Below, one piece after another: positions 61,030 through 64,000 of a DNA stretch of 64,000 nucleotides. The first letter of the stretch is position 1, and every line of letters begins with the position of its first letter. The notes beneath the pieces were generated by a model that searched no databases, was not told the DNA's origin, and saw only the letters and a program-made list of their open reading frames with translations. The DNA is from a candidate division WOR-3 bacterium. GTDB taxonomy: Bacteria > Hydrothermota > 32-111. The position numbers were made by a program, and so were the translations under genes. Where the stretch lies: positions 128,001 to 192,000 of the forward strand of contig JBBFKX010000001.1 of the NCBI GenBank assembly GCA_037481815.1, written 5' to 3'.

Positions 61030-62102
61030 GAAAAACTGTTGATCTGATCATCGGTGCAAGACCAAATTTCATAAAAGTTGTAAAACTTAATAGAATATTG
61101 AGAAGCGATTTCAACGTTCGTCTAATCCATACAGGTCAGCATTACAGTAGGGAAATGTCCGATATTTTTTTTGAGGATCTTTCGATACCTAAACCTGAAT
61201 ATTTTTTGGGAGTTAAAAGTGGAACCCATGCCTATCAAACTTCAAAAATAATGATAGAGTATGAAAAGTTACTTTTGAAAAAAACTCCAGATTTGAGTGT
61301 TGTTTTTGGAGATGTGAATTCAACTATGGCTGCAACTTTAGCAGCGAAAAAACTTTATATAAAGGTTGCGCATGTCGAAGCGGGTTTGAGAAGTTTTGAT
61401 AAGAGTATGCCTGAGGAGATCAATAGGGTTGTAACCGATTCTTTATCAGATTTTCTTTTCGCTCCCTCCCTTGATGCTGTTGAAAACCTTTTAAATGAGG
61501 GGCGTCAAAAAAAAGAGATTTTTCTGGTTGGAAATATAATGATTGATACACTCGTTGAGAATATGGATAAAATAAAAAAGATTGATGTAGAAAAAGAGTT
61601 CTCTGTGAAAAATGGTAAATATTTGTATTGTACTTTACATAGACCTTCAAATGTTGATAACAGGGAAAGATTCGTAAAGATTTTAAAATTTATGAAAAGA
61701 TTATCAAAAACCTATCCAATAGTTTTCCCGCTTCATCCGAGAACCCGGAACATGATAGAAAAATTTGGTTTAAAAGAATATTTTCATGACAGAATAATTG
61801 TTGTAAAACCCGTGTCATATCTTAAATCTATCGCACTTGAAATGAACTCAAAGTTCGTTCTAACCGATTCGGGTGGAATTCAGGAAGAAACAACATATCT
61901 CAAAATTCCATGTTTTACGCTTAGAGAAAACACTGAAAGACCGGTTACTTTAAGTGAGGGGACAAACATGTTGGTTGAACCTGAAATTGAAAATGTTGAA
62001 AAAATTTTGAAATGTTCTGAAAAAGTCGAAGGGAAAAAGATAAAATATTGGGATGGTAAAACTTCTGAGAGGATAAAAAAAATTTTAGAAGAATCTTTGT
62101 AA
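61026..62102 (+). CDS. wecB: UDP-N-acetylglucosamine 2-epimerase (non-hydrolysing)
   Basis: GARPNFIK, HTGQHY, HVEAGLRS, TDSGGIQEE, TERP. Confidence 0.93.
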   Translation: MRKTVDLIIGARPNFIKVVKLNRILRSDFNVRLIHTGQHYSREMSDIFFEDLSIPKPEYFLGVKSGTHAYQTSKIMIEYEKLLLKKTPDLSVVFGDVNSTMAATLAAKKLYIKVAHVEAGLRSFDKSMPEEINRVVTDSLSDFLFAPSLDAVENLLNEGRQKKEIFLVGNIMIDTLVENMDKIKKIDVEKEFSVKNGKYLYCTLHRPSNVDNRERFVKILKFMKRLSKTYPIVFPLHPRTRNMIEKFGLKEYFHDRIIVVKPVSYLKSIALEMNSKFVLTDSGGIQEETTYLKIPCFTLRENTERPVTLSEGTNMLVEPEIENVEKILKCSEKVEGKKIKYWDGKTSERIKKILEESL

Positions 62103-62114
62103 AAAGGGGTTTTT

Positions 62115-62768
62115 ATGAAAAAGTTTTTTTTTCTCATAATAATTTTTCTATCAATTTTCAATGTTAGATTATTTTCTTCAAATCAACTCGCTGATCCTGT
62201 TCATACAGGGAATGTACATTTTCAGTACAACATTTCCTATGCTGGATATTTTTCTGAAGCGGATAAACTAGTTGCAGATTCTTTAGAAGAGAATAAGGGT
62301 TTTTGGGGTTTTTCATTCAATTATGGGCTCGCACCTCTTCTTGATTTGACATTGGGCTATCAAAATTCGTCGGCAGGATTTGGATTGAAATACTCTCCAG
62401 ATTTTAAAATGCCAGTCAGGCTCGCACTTGAAGGTGATCTTTATACAAATGTATCAAATGTTCTGGTTTATCCGATAGTTTCAGGAATATTGAGTTATCA
62501 TATAAATAAAAATATTACCTTCACAGGTGGTTTATCTACATACTTTCATTTTGAAGAAAAGATAAAGAATGAAATTTTTTTCACTCTTGATATTGAAAGG
62601 GGAGATCTGTTCAAACATAAAGTCCCTGACTTTTTTGTTAACATCTTCATTCCCAAATCGTTCCAGATCGATGTAACCTATCCGTTCTCGGATGTGGCGA
62701 AAAAACTCTATATTGGTTTTTCAATAAGACATGAGTTTGAGTTGAACATTAAAGAAGAAAGTATATAA
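62115..62768 (+). CDS. hypothetical exported (possibly outer-membrane) protein
   Basis: Signal peptide; beta-strand-rich. Confidence 0.6.
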   Translation: MKKFFFLIIIFLSIFNVRLFSSNQLADPVHTGNVHFQYNISYAGYFSEADKLVADSLEENKGFWGFSFNYGLAPLLDLTLGYQNSSAGFGLKYSPDFKMPVRLALEGDLYTNVSNVLVYPIVSGILSYHINKNITFTGGLSTYFHFEEKIKNEIFFTLDIERGDLFKHKVPDFFVNIFIPKSFQIDVTYPFSDVAKKLYIGFSIRHEFELNIKEESI

Positions 62769-62769
62769 T
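62742..62769 (+). promoter_or_regulatory. tRNA-Arg promoter TTGAAC-N16-TATAAT
   Basis: Hexamers end 12 nt upstream of the tRNA. Confidence 0.5.
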
Positions 62770-62781
62770 AATTTTACACCT

Positions 62782-62855
62782 GCGCCCGTAGCTCAACTGG
62801 ATAGAGCACTTGACTACGGATCAAGAGGTTGGGGGTTCGATTCCCTTCGGGCGCT
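62782..62855 (+). tRNA. tRNA-Arg(ACG)
   Basis: GCGCCCGTAGCTCAACTGGATAGAGCA-CTTGA-CTACGGA-TCAAG...GGTTCGATTCC...CGGGCGC; CCA not encoded. Confidence 0.95.
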
Positions 62856-62858
62856 CTC

Positions 62859-62886
62859 TTGAAAGTAAAAAACTATATGGTAAAAT
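62859..62886 (+). promoter_or_regulatory. putative promoter TTGAAA-N16-TAAAAT (extended TG)
   Basis: Upstream of ATG 62910. Confidence 0.5.
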
Positions 62887-62909
62887 AAAAAAATAAAAAG
62901 GTAGGTTTT

Positions 62910-64000
62910 ATGAGGGATTTTTCATCATATTTTAATAAAAGGGAAATCCTATACTTCAATTCAGCATCGTCAGGTATCCCTACAAAAAATGGTATTTTAA
63001 AAGCACATGAACTTCTTGATAAGATCTCAACAGAAGGAGATGTTTCTCTTGATACATATTTTTCCATTATTGAAAACTGTAGAAGGGAGATAGCAAAACT
63101 TGTTAATTGTAAACCTAACAATATTGGTTTGATTCCAAATACAACTTCCGCAGTTCACTTGATAAAAAATGGATTTTCGGAAATCAAGAAAATAATAGTA
63201 TATGGCAAAAATTTTCCGTGCACTCTGGTTCCTTTTCAAAAAGATGACAGATATTCAGTTGAAATAATTACGAAGAATCCTGATAATCTTGACAAAGAAC
63301 TTTCAAAATATAAAAAAACTTTGGTGTTTGTTGATCTTGTTGATTATTTGACCGGAGAGATTGTAGATCTTAACCTCCTTACTGAAATCGTTCATAACCG
63401 AAACTCTCTTCTGGCTGTTGATGCTATTCAGGGAGCTGGCTCTGTTGTGATAGATCTTTCCAAAACACCTGTTGATTTTCTATTCGCAGGTGCTTCAAAA
63501 TGGCTTCTTGGCCCACAGGGAATTGGTTTTATATATATTGATGAACAACATGTCGATAGAATCGTAAGAAGGAATTGTGGATGGTTATCTCTCGACTACA
63601 AAAATTTTGATTCGTTTGAGAATCTACCAGAATATCGTTTGAATGGATCTGGAGTAGAAAGTGGAACAAGAAATTTTTTTGGTATTCTTCTGATGGGAGA
63701 AAATTTAAAATTTTTGAACAGTGTTGGGATAGAAAATGTATACTCCCATAACATAGAAGGTATTAAACAAATAGGCAAAATACTTGAAAACTTTGGTTCT
63801 ATCTCGCAGAATATTATAGATATAAAAACACCGATACTTTCTTTTAAAACCAGAAATACGAAAAACTTTTATAACTATCTGATTGAGAAAAATGTGAAGG
63901 TTTCTTTCAGAGATGGAATGGTTCGATTCGCATTTCATATTTTCAACTATGAGGATGAAGTAAAAAGGTTAAAAGAGATTATAGATAAGTTTAATTTTTA
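62910..64000 (+). CDS. class V PLP-dependent aminotransferase / cysteine-desulfurase-like protein (runs to window edge; absent from the ORF track)
   Basis: Manual translation gives MRDFSSYF..YFNSASSG..NTT..VDAIQGAG..GASKWLLGPQGIG..ESGT..RFAFHIFN; the frame ends in a partial codon TA at 63999-64000. Confidence 0.85.
   Translation, partial: MRDFSSYFNKREILYFNSASSGIPTKNGILKAHELLDKISTEGDVSLDTYFSIIENCRREIAKLVNCKPNNIGLIPNTTSAVHLIKNGFSEIKKIIVYGKNFPCTLVPFQKDDRYSVEIITKNPDNLDKELSKYKKTLVFVDLVDYLTGEIVDLNLLTEIVHNRNSLLAVDAIQGAGSVVIDLSKTPVDFLFAGASKWLLGPQGIGFIYIDEQHVDRIVRRNCGWLSLDYKNFDSFENLPEYRLNGSGVESGTRNFFGILLMGENLKFLNSVGIENVYSHNIEGIKQIGKILENFGSISQNIIDIKTPILSFKTRNTKNFYNYLIEKNVKVSFRDGMVRFAFHIFNYEDEVKRLKEIIDKFNF

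Noticed and set aside
58269..62855. Integrative element at tRNA-Leu or tRNA-Arg
   Set aside because: No integrase, no duplicated tRNA 3' end and no evident compositional shift; both tRNA 3' ends point away from the enclosed block.

Overview
This is a low-GC (roughly 30% by eye), gene-dense bacterial chromosome segment coded almost entirely on the + strand, with no phage, IS or CRISPR elements. It has a diderm toolkit (lptC/A/B), PorV-like barrels and T9SS/FlgD-type C-terminal domains. That combination suggests an FCB-associated candidate lineage such as WOR-3/TA06 (inference only). Housekeeping blocks are rpmB; truB-ribF-rpsO-pnp-M16 peptidase-dut; queH; lptCAB-rpoN; nrdR-purC-radical SAM-rng-gap-pgk-tpiA-secG-rplU-rpmA-mreBCD-mrdA-rodA-comF; tRNA-Leu(CAA); tRNA-Arg(ACG); and wecB. 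Highlights: (1) A seven-gene envelope locus at 31.8-40.3 kb, coupled to rpoN, looks like an extracellular-DNA capture/import/degradation system. It encodes a four-OB-fold secreted protein, a PorV/PorP-like barrel, a ComEA-type HhH-barrel fusion, another barrel, two secreted PLD/Nuc nucleases and a 5'-nucleotidase-like pseudoenzyme. (2) A secreted 27-aa-repeat protein with a T9SS-like tail and an invariant Pro-rich core has a sigma-54-like promoter, a perfect TGTAAA-N6-TTTACA site, and a 3' UTR complementary to its own RBS. (3) Ten putative sigma-70 promoters share a 16-bp spacer, and three of them look leaderless. (4) There is a uvsE-rudS-like-Rieske operon and a PatA/PimA-like glycolipid cluster.
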